This document shows positions 36,582 through 45,113 of a stretch of 64,000 nt of DNA, piece after piece. Made by a program: the position numbers and the translations under genes. How positions within the stretch are numbered: the stretch's first letter is position 1; every line of letters starts with the position of its first letter. The notes below the pieces were generated by a model. That model saw only the letters and a program-made list of their open reading frames with translations. It was not told the DNA's origin and did not search any database. The DNA is from an uncultured virus (IMG/VR IMGVR_UViG_3300050335_000078) (lineage: Duplodnaviria; Heunggongvirae; Uroviricota; Caudoviricetes), in IMG/VR virus record IMGVR_UViG_3300050335_000078; one strand, 5' to 3'.

Positions 36582-37121
36582 ATGTTCATGGAAGAATACA
36601 ATGAACAATACAAAGCCAAATGCATCAAGCGGCTCAAAGAATGGGGAGCGCCTCTGGAAGGCTGGTATTGTGTCCGGATGTACGATGTGGCAGATGATGA
36701 CGAGTCCCCTGATAATGTGGTGCTAACCACATGCGAACTTTGTGACTGCGCTTCCGTACGGTATGTTCACGTCATGCGAAATCCCGGTTACTTTGAGGAC
36801 GTTGAAATGGGCTGCATCTGTGCCGGTATCATGGAGGGCGATATTCTCGCAGCAAAAGAGCGTGATAACGGGCTGAAAAACAGGGCTCGCCGCAAACGGA
36901 ATTTTCCCAGGCGCAGATGGCACAAGACCTGCAACGGCAATCTCTGCCTAACATATCGAGGAAAGAAAATCTATATCAACAAAAGCCAGTATGGAAACGG
37001 TTATGGTGTCCGGTGCGAAAATCAATGCGTTTGGAAGTACAAAGGCTGTCCGATAGACAATTTTCTGTTGGCTGCCTACGCCGCTTTTGAACTTGCAGAC
37101 CCCGTCGACGAGGTGATCTGA
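36582..37121 (+). CDS. Cys-rich hypothetical protein
   Basis: CELC...H...GCIC; GGAGG SD. Confidence 0.75.
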   Translation: MFMEEYNEQYKAKCIKRLKEWGAPLEGWYCVRMYDVADDDESPDNVVLTTCELCDCASVRYVHVMRNPGYFEDVEMGCICAGIMEGDILAAKERDNGLKNRARRKRNFPRRRWHKTCNGNLCLTYRGKKIYINKSQYGNGYGVRCENQCVWKYKGCPIDNFLLAAYAAFELADPVDEVI

Positions 37122-37122
37122 C

Positions 37123-37404
37123 ATGAGAGAAAAAGCCATCGAGAATAAACTGGTTCAGGCAGTCAAGTCGACCGGCGGCATCGCGCCAAAGTTCATAAGC
37201 CCCGGCTTTGATGGTATGCCCGACCGCCTTGTGCTTTTACCAATGGGCAAGGCTGCCTTTGTGGAAGTGAAACGGCGCGGGGAAAAACCACGCCCCCTGC
37301 AAGAAGCAAGGCATGGAATGCTGCGGCGGCTGGGCTTTCTGGTATTTGTCCTGGATGATGAAGAGCAAATCGGGAGGATACTTGATGAAATACAATCCGC
37401 ATAG
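37123..37404 (+). CDS. VRR-NUC domain nuclease
   Basis: GMPDRLV...FVEVK. Confidence 0.87.
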   Translation: MREKAIENKLVQAVKSTGGIAPKFISPGFDGMPDRLVLLPMGKAAFVEVKRRGEKPRPLQEARHGMLRRLGFLVFVLDDEEQIGRILDEIQSA

Positions 37405-38743
37405 CTATCAAAAATACGCTGCTGATTTTATCCAAGTGAACCCCATATCCTGCCTCCTGCTAGACATGGGGCTTGGCAAAACAGCTATCACGCTGACCGC
37501 ATTAAACGACCTGCTGTTCGACTGTTTTGAGGCACACAAGGTATTGGTTATCGCCCCGCTCCGGGTGGCACGGGATACATGGCCTGAGGAACTCAGTAAA
37601 TGGGAGCACCTTAGTGGACTGCGGTTCTCAGTGGCGGTCGGAACCGAACCAGAACGCAAAGCCGCTCTTCTGCGACAAGCAGACATTTACATCATCAACC
37701 GTGAAAATATCCAGTGGCTCATAGCTGAAAGCGGACTTCCCTTTGACTTCGATACAATGGTGGTTGATGAACTCTCTTCTTTCAAGAGCCATCAGTCAAA
37801 GCGGTTCCGTGCCTTGATGAAAGTCCGTCCCCGCGTCAGGCGGATCATCGGGCTGACCGGCACTCCTACAGGCAACGGCCTGATGGATTTATGGGCTGAG
37901 TTCCGGCTATTGGATATGGGCCGACGGCTCGGACGGTTCATCGGACAGTACCGTAACGACTACTTCTCCCCCGATAAACGCAACGGGCAGGTCATCTTCA
38001 GCTACAAGCCCCTGCCGTTTGCTGAGGAACAGATTTACAGCCGGATTGCCGACATTACGATATCGATGAAGTCCACTGACCATTTAAAGATGCCGGAACT
38101 GGTCAATTCAGAATACGCTGTTCGGTTATCCGCAGTTGAACGCGAACGGTATAACGAACTGAAACGCAACCTGGTTCTCCAACTGCCGAACGGTGATGTT
38201 ACTGCCGCCAATGCCGCCGCATTGAGTGGAAAGTTATGCCAGATGGCAAACGGCGCTGTTTACTCCGATGATGGTTCAGTCGTCCGTATTCACGACCGCA
38301 AGCTGGACGCCTTAGAAGATTTGATTGAAGCGGCGAACGGAAAACCCGTCCTTGTGGCGTACTGGTTCAAGCATGATCTGGAGCGGATCACAGAACGGTT
38401 ACGTAAAAAGCATATTCCTTATTCCCGTCTTGACACTGCCGATAGTATCAATCGGTGGAACAACGGCGAATTGCCCGTCGCCCTCATCCACCCCGCCTCC
38501 GCAGGTCATGGGCTGAACCTGCAGACGGGCGGTTCCACCTTGATATGGTTCGGACTGACGTGGAGTTTGGAGCTTTACCAGCAGACCAACGCCCGCCTTT
38601 GGCGTCAGGGCCAAAAGTCCGAAACTGTGGTGGTTCAGTATATCATCACCAAAGGTACAATCGATGAGCGAATCCTGAAAGCCCTATCCGACAAGGACAA
38701 TACCCAGAGCGCGTTAATCAGCGCGGTAAAAGCGAATTTGTAA
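37385..38743 (+). CDS. SNF2-family helicase
   Basis: DMGLGKT, DELS, LTGTP, GHGLNLQ, NARLWRQGQ. Confidence 0.92.
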   Translation: MKYNPHSYQKYAADFIQVNPISCLLLDMGLGKTAITLTALNDLLFDCFEAHKVLVIAPLRVARDTWPEELSKWEHLSGLRFSVAVGTEPERKAALLRQADIYIINRENIQWLIAESGLPFDFDTMVVDELSSFKSHQSKRFRALMKVRPRVRRIIGLTGTPTGNGLMDLWAEFRLLDMGRRLGRFIGQYRNDYFSPDKRNGQVIFSYKPLPFAEEQIYSRIADITISMKSTDHLKMPELVNSEYAVRLSAVERERYNELKRNLVLQLPNGDVTAANAAALSGKLCQMANGAVYSDDGSVVRIHDRKLDALEDLIEAANGKPVLVAYWFKHDLERITERLRKKHIPYSRLDTADSINRWNNGELPVALIHPASAGHGLNLQTGGSTLIWFGLTWSLELYQQTNARLWRQGQKSETVVVQYIITKGTIDERILKALSDKDNTQSALISAVKANL

Positions 38744-38809
38744 ATCAACGTCAACCTACGGAGTCGAAAGCTGCCAATCCGAGTGAAACAAATTAACCGG
38801 AGGTAGCCT

Positions 38810-39244
38810 ATGAATAACCAGACCCTTTCCGCGAAGGATTACCTTTCGCAAGCCTATCGCATCGACCTGCGTATCAACAGTAAAATCGAACAGGTACAAT
38901 CTCTCCGCAACCTTGCGGAGAAAGCCGTTACCACCCTGTCCGATACGCCAAACAACGGAACGCGCAATATCCGCCGCATGGAGGGCGTTATTGCCAAGAT
39001 CGTGGATCTGGAATCAGAAATCAATGCCGATATCGACGACCTTGTAGACTTAAAGAGCGAGATTGTATCCCTCATCAAGTATGTGGAAGGCCCGGAGCTT
39101 CAGACACTTCTCGAAATGCGCTACCTTTGCTTCAAAACGTGGGAGCAAATCTCAGTCGAATTGCATCTGGACATCCGATGGATTCACCGGCTTCATAATA
39201 AGGCATTGAATGAGGTTGATGCGATTCGCCACTATAGACCATAG
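38810..39244 (+). CDS. Late transcriptional activator (DUF1492/ArpU/RinA-like)
   Basis: AKDYLSQAY, LEMRY...WEQI; position before packaging genes. Confidence 0.82.
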   Translation: MNNQTLSAKDYLSQAYRIDLRINSKIEQVQSLRNLAEKAVTTLSDTPNNGTRNIRRMEGVIAKIVDLESEINADIDDLVDLKSEIVSLIKYVEGPELQTLLEMRYLCFKTWEQISVELHLDIRWIHRLHNKALNEVDAIRHYRP

Positions 39245-39293
39245 AAAGCCACTCTCTTCATCTGATATAGTTATACTGGTAAAAAAATCAGCA

Positions 39294-39326
39294 AAGCCTT
39301 CACGGGAAATCCCGCGAGGGCTTTTT
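39294..39326 (+). terminator. Intrinsic terminator-like hairpin
   Basis: AAGCCTTCACGGG / CCCGCGAGGGCTT plus T-tract. Confidence 0.65.
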
Positions 39327-39346
39327 GCTTGTTAGAAGAGGGTTTT

Positions 39347-39520
39347 ATGCTTACTGATATACGAACATTCATGAAAGTTCTTCGTGCGAATAAGGCTTAC
39401 CTGACCAGGCAGCAGACCACCACACTCAAAGGACAAGCCCTTTCCGGTGACATAGAAGGCGCATATAAAGGTATCGCCACCATCATTAAAAGGCGCCGGT
39501 CATTGAAGGCGGAATGCTGA
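39347..39520 (+). CDS. Small hypothetical protein
   Basis: 57-aa ORF abutting HNH; TLKGQALSGD motif. Confidence 0.6.
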   Translation: MLTDIRTFMKVLRANKAYLTRQQTTTLKGQALSGDIEGAYKGIATIIKRRRSLKAEC

Positions 39521-39880
39521 ATGCCAAGGAAACCAAAAAGACCGTGCTCCTCCCCCGGCTGCCCGAATCTGACGGACGGCAGGTTCTGTGAGGAACACGC
39601 TAAAAGAGAAGCAAGGCAGTACGAACGGTATGGCCGTGACCCTGCTGTGAAGAAACGCTACGGCAGGACGTGGAAACGTATCCGCGACCGTTACATAAAG
39701 GCCCACCCGCTGTGTGAGCGTTGCGTGAAGGATGAAAAGGTTACGCCCGCCGAGGAAGTTCACCATATCAAACCGCTGTCACACGGCGGCACACACGATG
39801 AGGACAACCTCATGAGCTTATGCAAGAGCTGCCATTCGATTATCACCGCTGAAACGGGAGACCGCTGGCACAACAGATAA
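39521..39880 (+). CDS. Packaging-associated HNH endonuclease
   Basis: CERC...EVHHIKP...NLMSLCKSCH. Confidence 0.92.
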   Translation: MPRKPKRPCSSPGCPNLTDGRFCEEHAKREARQYERYGRDPAVKKRYGRTWKRIRDRYIKAHPLCERCVKDEKVTPAEEVHHIKPLSHGGTHDEDNLMSLCKSCHSIITAETGDRWHNR

Positions 39881-39909
39881 AGAGATCAAGTAAAAATGTT
39901 AACCTATCC

Positions 39910-40005
39910 TCCCGGAGGGGCGGTCAAAATCTCTGTGATATATCATCCGGGGAACGGTGCGCGGGTCACGCACAAAAAAATTACGGTTCAAACAGGGGAT
40001 TAACC
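39910..40005 (+). other. Probable cos region
   Basis: Non-coding gap between HNH and TerS with G-rich GGAGGGGCGG; inferred from position only. Confidence 0.4.
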
Positions 40006-40032
40006 CGACACGTTGCGAGGAGGTGAAAGCGC

Positions 40033-40611
40033 GTGGCTAAAGACGGAACAAACAGAGGCGGCCGCCGGGTACGCGCGGGTGATAAACCCGAACCTCTTAC
40101 AGATAAAATCGCGAAAGGCAAGGCGGCCAAAATACTGGAGGCTGCTGATCTGCCATCCACGTCAATGCTGGAGACCGGTGACTTAGACGGCGGCTCCGAT
40201 TTGTGCGGAGAGGATATGCCCGCACCGGGCGATTATCTCAGTGCAAGGCAAAAGGACGGAAAGCCGTTGGGCGCGGATCAGCTATACAAAGAAACTTGGC
40301 GCTGGCTTAAAGAGCGATGCTGCGATAAATTCGTGAACCCCAGGCTCATTGAAGCATACGCCCAGGCGTTTACCCGCTACATCCAGTGCGAAGAAGCCAT
40401 CAGCATATACGGGCTTTTAGGAAAGCACCCCACAACGGGCGGCGCGATCACCAGTCCGTTCGTTCAGATGAGCCAGTCGTTCCAAAAGCAGGCCAACCTG
40501 CTCTGGTATGAGATTTTTGATATCGTCAAACAGAACTGCACCATAGCATTCACAGGGAATCCGCAGGATGACATCATGGAAGCCCTCCTGTCGGGCCGGA
40601 AAGGAAGATGA
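40033..40611 (+). CDS. Terminase small subunit (P27-like)
   Basis: AKDGTNRGGRR start, KHPTTG...SPF; position. Confidence 0.85.
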   Translation: MAKDGTNRGGRRVRAGDKPEPLTDKIAKGKAAKILEAADLPSTSMLETGDLDGGSDLCGEDMPAPGDYLSARQKDGKPLGADQLYKETWRWLKERCCDKFVNPRLIEAYAQAFTRYIQCEEAISIYGLLGKHPTTGGAITSPFVQMSQSFQKQANLLWYEIFDIVKQNCTIAFTGNPQDDIMEALLSGRKGR

Positions 40612-41858
40612 AAAGCATGCATACAACTGAGCGCTTCGAAAAAGTGAATATAGACATGCTGGTGCCATATGCCCGTAACGCCCGCACCCACAGCAAGGAG
40701 CAGATTCTCCAGCTTCGGGCGTCCATTCGTGAGTTCGGATTTGTCAACCCTGTCATCGTTGATAAGGATTTGAATGTCATCGCCGGGCACGGGCGCATCC
40801 TTGCCGCTAAAGAGGAAGGCTTCACGGAAGTTCCCTGCGTGTTCGCCGAACACTTGACCGAAGCACAAAAACGGGCATACATCCTTGCTGACAACCGTCT
40901 CGCGCTGAACGCCGGATGGGATGCCGAAATGCTATCGGTGGAGATCGCCGACCTGCAGGGTTCGGACTTCGATATCTCACTTCTTGGCTTTGATGACGCG
41001 GAACTCAATAAGCTGTTGGGTGGCATGGAGGATGTCAAAGACGACGACTTCGATGTGGGCGCTGAACTGCAAAAGCCCGCGGTTACCCAACCGGGCGACT
41101 TATGGCTTCTCGGTAACCACCGGCTGGTCTGCGGCGACAGCACCAAAGAAGAAACATTTAATTTGCTCATGGATGGCAAGGCCGCAAATCTCGTGGTAAC
41201 CGACCCGCCTTACAACGTCAACTACGAAGGTTCGGCGGGCAAAATCAAGAATGACAATATGGCGGACGCCAAGTTCTATCAGTTCCTGTTGGACGCTTTC
41301 ACCCTCACCGAAAAGGCGATGGCGCGGGATGCCAGCATCTACGTGTTCCACGCAGACACCGAAGGGCTGAACTTCCGCAGGGCGTTTTCGGACTCGGGGT
41401 TTTACTTATCCGGCACCTGCATCTGGAAGAAGCAGTCACTAGTATTGGGACGCTCACCTTACCAATGGCAGCATGAACCGGTGCTGTTCGGTTGGAAAAA
41501 AACGGGCAAACATGCCTGGTACTCCGACCGCAAGCAATCCACCATCTGGGAGTTCGACAAACCCCGAAAAAATGCCGACCACCCCACGATGAAACCGGTG
41601 CCGTTGATCGCCTATCCGATTGTTAACAGTTCCATGACTGGGTGTATCGTCCTCGACCCCTTTGGAGGCAGCGGCTCTACCCTTATCGCCAGTGAACAGA
41701 CCGAGCGTATCTGTTACACAGTTGAACTTGACGAAAAATACTGTGATGTAATTGTGAAAAGGTTTATTGAGCAGGTCGAAACAGATAAGGATGTGTATCT
41801 CATTCGGGACGGCAAAAAAGTACACTTCGCGGATGTGGAGGTGCCTGCCTATGCATAA
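40608..41858 (+). CDS. ParB-like N-terminus + N6/N4 DNA methyltransferase
   Basis: PYARNARTH, AGHGR, DPPY, DPFGGSG. Confidence 0.9.
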   Translation: MKSMHTTERFEKVNIDMLVPYARNARTHSKEQILQLRASIREFGFVNPVIVDKDLNVIAGHGRILAAKEEGFTEVPCVFAEHLTEAQKRAYILADNRLALNAGWDAEMLSVEIADLQGSDFDISLLGFDDAELNKLLGGMEDVKDDDFDVGAELQKPAVTQPGDLWLLGNHRLVCGDSTKEETFNLLMDGKAANLVVTDPPYNVNYEGSAGKIKNDNMADAKFYQFLLDAFTLTEKAMARDASIYVFHADTEGLNFRRAFSDSGFYLSGTCIWKKQSLVLGRSPYQWQHEPVLFGWKKTGKHAWYSDRKQSTIWEFDKPRKNADHPTMKPVPLIAYPIVNSSMTGCIVLDPFGGSGSTLIASEQTERICYTVELDEKYCDVIVKRFIEQVETDKDVYLIRDGKKVHFADVEVPAYA

Positions 41859-43635
41859 ACAGCTAACCCTCGGTTCGCTCTTTGACGGCTCCGGCGGCTT
41901 CCCGCTCGGGGCTTTTTTATACGGCGTGAAACCTGTGTGGGCTTCAGAAATAGAACCGTTCCCCATACGGATCACGACAAAACGTCTGCCGGAAATGAAG
42001 CATTACGGCGATATTTCGGCAATAAACGGCGCAAAGATCGAACCCGTGGACATCATCACCTTCGGTTCTCCCTGCACAGACATGTCCATAGCCGGGAAGA
42101 GAACAGGACTGGACGGTAAGCAATCCGTCCTTTTTTATGAAGCGATACGGATTATTAAGGAAATGAGGTGCGCCACCGGTGGCAGCTATCCAAGATTTAT
42201 ATTGTGGGAAAACGTGCCGGGCGCGTTCTCCTCAAACAAGGGCGCGGACTTCAAGGCAGTCCTCGAAGCAATCGTCCAAATTATCGAGCCGTCAGCCGAG
42301 GTGCCTTCGCCTGACAAAAACGGATGGCCTTACGCAGACGTACTCTTGGGCGACGGATGGAGCGTGGCTTACCGAACTTTTGACGCGCAATATTTCGGAG
42401 TCGCCCAACGGCGCAAGAGAATCTACCTTGTCGCGGATTTTGGAAGCGAACGCGCAGGAGAGGTTTTGTTTGAGCGCGAAGGCGTGTCAAGGGATTTTAC
42501 GCCGCGCTTCCCTGCGCGGGAAGGAACTGCCGGAGGTGCTGAAAGCTGCTTTGGAGAGCCAGTCCGTGTGCTGAACGACCAGGGCGGTTCCTGCATGTCG
42601 GTAAGCAGGAATGTAACCGCTACGCTCCGCGCTGAGGAGCACGGGCATCAGCCTATCGTGTTTGAGCCGGGGGCGGCTTCCCGTTTGGGCGGCCATTCCG
42701 ACATCGGCTTGTCAGGTACGCTCCGTGCCGATATGGGCGACAACCAGCTTGCCGTGGCTGTGGAGAACCATCCCGCCGACAGCCGTATCAAAATCAGCGA
42801 GGATGGCAAAGTGCAGACTCTTTCTTCCCGTATGGGTACGGGCGGCAACAACGTACCGCTGACGCTGAAAATACGTTCCGGCTGCGAGGGCGGCGGTAAA
42901 GGGGCGTTGATGCAAAAGGATAAATCGGCGACACTCTCAACGGTCAACGATCAGTCGGTGTTCGTTCCAAAAGCATACGGCATTTGCTCCAAGGACAGCA
43001 ACGCCATGAAGTCAGGAAATCCGTATAGCGGGATTTATGAAGCCGGAACTTCACGGACGCTCGATCAGGGCGGCGGGAATCCCTCCTGTAACCAGGGCGG
43101 CATTGCGGTTTGCGTCCAAGGCTCCATGATTGGGCGAGAGGAAAAGAACGGACCCCAAGGGAGCGGTATCAACGAAGACACCGCCTTCACCCTCAACACC
43201 GCCGACCACCACGCCGTAGCCTACTCCATGACAACGGGCGGTTTCTCGGATGTAAATGAGGAAAAGGCGGCGACGCTGATGGCGCGGGACTTCAAAGACC
43301 CGCAGATTGTGAACCGGCCGGAATACATTGTCCGCAGGCTCACGCCCACTGAGTGCGCCCGCTTGCAGGGTTTCCCCGATTGGTGGTGCGAAGCTCTGGA
43401 GTCCCCTGAACCGACCGGTGATGAAATACTCTGGTGGGCTGAGGTTTTTGAAACGCATCGAAAAATCATGGGTACGTCCGCAAAACCCAGATCCCGCAGA
43501 CAGATTGTTAAGTGGCTGCGGAATCCTTACTCAGACAGCGCCGCATACAAAATGTGGGGCAACGGCGTCGCGCTTCCCTGCGTCTGTTTCGCTTTTGCGG
43601 GCATCGTGTCTTTGACAGAAGATAACACCTTGTAA
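41851..43635 (+). CDS. Phage DNA (cytosine-5) methyltransferase with long multi-module variable region
   Basis: FDGSGG, GSPC, ENV, QRRKR, RRLTPTECARLQGFPD, GNGV. Confidence 0.9.
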   Translation: MHKQLTLGSLFDGSGGFPLGAFLYGVKPVWASEIEPFPIRITTKRLPEMKHYGDISAINGAKIEPVDIITFGSPCTDMSIAGKRTGLDGKQSVLFYEAIRIIKEMRCATGGSYPRFILWENVPGAFSSNKGADFKAVLEAIVQIIEPSAEVPSPDKNGWPYADVLLGDGWSVAYRTFDAQYFGVAQRRKRIYLVADFGSERAGEVLFEREGVSRDFTPRFPAREGTAGGAESCFGEPVRVLNDQGGSCMSVSRNVTATLRAEEHGHQPIVFEPGAASRLGGHSDIGLSGTLRADMGDNQLAVAVENHPADSRIKISEDGKVQTLSSRMGTGGNNVPLTLKIRSGCEGGGKGALMQKDKSATLSTVNDQSVFVPKAYGICSKDSNAMKSGNPYSGIYEAGTSRTLDQGGGNPSCNQGGIAVCVQGSMIGREEKNGPQGSGINEDTAFTLNTADHHAVAYSMTTGGFSDVNEEKAATLMARDFKDPQIVNRPEYIVRRLTPTECARLQGFPDWWCEALESPEPTGDEILWWAEVFETHRKIMGTSAKPRSRRQIVKWLRNPYSDSAAYKMWGNGVALPCVCFAFAGIVSLTEDNTL

Positions 43636-43713
43636 AAGGCTGATAATTCACTTGCTATTCCACAGCTTCAGAGTGATATATGTTACTACCAAAAAGAAAG
43701 GTAGGTAACGGTT

Positions 43714-44601
43714 ATGGAAATAAGATTTAATGTTACAGGCCCGAGGCGCAAAGAGATGGTCAAAGCGGTCAGCGAAATTGCCGACTGGCCGATAGAGTAC
43801 AAAGGCGCGCCAACTTTCGCTTACTTGATAGGCGACTTTACGGTTGACAAAGAAGGAACACTTTCTTTCAGCGACAGGACGGACAGCGAACTGGTGGAGA
43901 ATCTGATTGACGGGCTTGTAAAGCGAGGATTTGACTTTGAGAGCTCAGAGTCTGATGAGTACCCGGATATTGACCAGCACCACCCCGGACGATACGCCGA
44001 CAACAGCACACCCTTTACCGAAGCCATGCAAAACGAGCTGGACGAATCACCCTCCTTCGAAGACTTGGAGATGACCGAAAAGGAAGAACTGGGACTTGGC
44101 AAACAGCGCCGCGACCACCGGGGCGAGGACGGTATGCAGACAAGCGACGTTCCCGACTGTGACGAGTCCGCTGGTCTGACAATCGAGATGCCGCTTGAAG
44201 GTTACACCGAAGAAAATATCGCCAACCTTGAAAAACTCATCGCCAGCAAGGCTGGCCTCATCAAGAAGGCTATTGGTGCTTACGCGCTTTCAATTGAGCG
44301 TACGGAAACAACGCTAAAGTTTCCTTGGTTTGCCTTTGGAGCATCCGGCGAGGAAGCCGATGCCTACTCCCGCTTAATAAGCGCCTTGTACACAGCGGCA
44401 AAGGAACAGAAAAGGGTTACCGCCAAAGATAAGGATGTAGAAAATGAAAAGTTCGCTTTTCGGGTCTTCCTTATCCGACTTGGGTTTTTGGGCGACGAAT
44501 ACAAGAGCGCGAGAAAAATTCTGTTGAGAAATCTTTCGGGAAACAGCGCGTTCAAGAACGGCGGCAAGACAACCAAAACGGAGGTATCCGGAGATGAATA
44601 A
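43714..44601 (+). CDS. Conserved phage hypothetical protein
   Basis: ENEKFAFRVFLIRLG...RKILLRNLSGNSAF C-terminus. Confidence 0.78.
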   Translation: MEIRFNVTGPRRKEMVKAVSEIADWPIEYKGAPTFAYLIGDFTVDKEGTLSFSDRTDSELVENLIDGLVKRGFDFESSESDEYPDIDQHHPGRYADNSTPFTEAMQNELDESPSFEDLEMTEKEELGLGKQRRDHRGEDGMQTSDVPDCDESAGLTIEMPLEGYTEENIANLEKLIASKAGLIKKAIGAYALSIERTETTLKFPWFAFGASGEEADAYSRLISALYTAAKEQKRVTAKDKDVENEKFAFRVFLIRLGFLGDEYKSARKILLRNLSGNSAFKNGGKTTKTEVSGDE

Positions 44602-44836
44602 ATTCCCCGCCAAAGAAACCGTTGAACGTCTCCGAAAACAGTACCCACACGGGTGCCGCGTGGAATTGGTCAGAATGAACGACCCGTATTCGAAGCTAAA
44701 ACCCGGCGACCGGGGAACTGTGGATTTTGTGGACGACACGGGCACCATCTTCTGTAGTTGGGATTGCGGCTCCACGCTTGGCGTGGTCTACGGTGAGGAT
44801 GGCGTTAGAATCCTGGAATCCGAGGTGCTGCCATGA
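44594..44836 (+). CDS. DUF4314 protein
   Basis: RVELVRMNDPY...GTV..VDD.G...WD.GS.L. Confidence 0.82.
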   Translation: MNKFPAKETVERLRKQYPHGCRVELVRMNDPYSKLKPGDRGTVDFVDDTGTIFCSWDCGSTLGVVYGEDGVRILESEVLP

Positions 44837-45021
44837 CCGAGATAGTGAAACAGCAAATCCTCTCTATCCGGGCAAGCGGAGCGACGAACATGTTTGATAC
44901 GGTTACTGTCCAGCGGCTCGCGTTTGAGAACGGATATTATGAACTTACCGATTACATCGAGAACAACCGTAAGGCGTATGCTCATTTTATTCTGACAGGC
45001 GAAACTGAGGAAACGCCATAG
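44833..45021 (+). CDS. DUF5049-like protein
   Basis: IRASGATNMFD. Confidence 0.75.
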   Translation: MTEIVKQQILSIRASGATNMFDTVTVQRLAFENGYYELTDYIENNRKAYAHFILTGETEETP

Positions 45022-45113
45022 ACATATACAAATGCAAATGGACAGAAGTAAAGGGCTTTCAAACGAAGGCTCTTTTCTTATGCCTATTTCATCAAAAGGA
45101 GGAGGCGGTCTTC

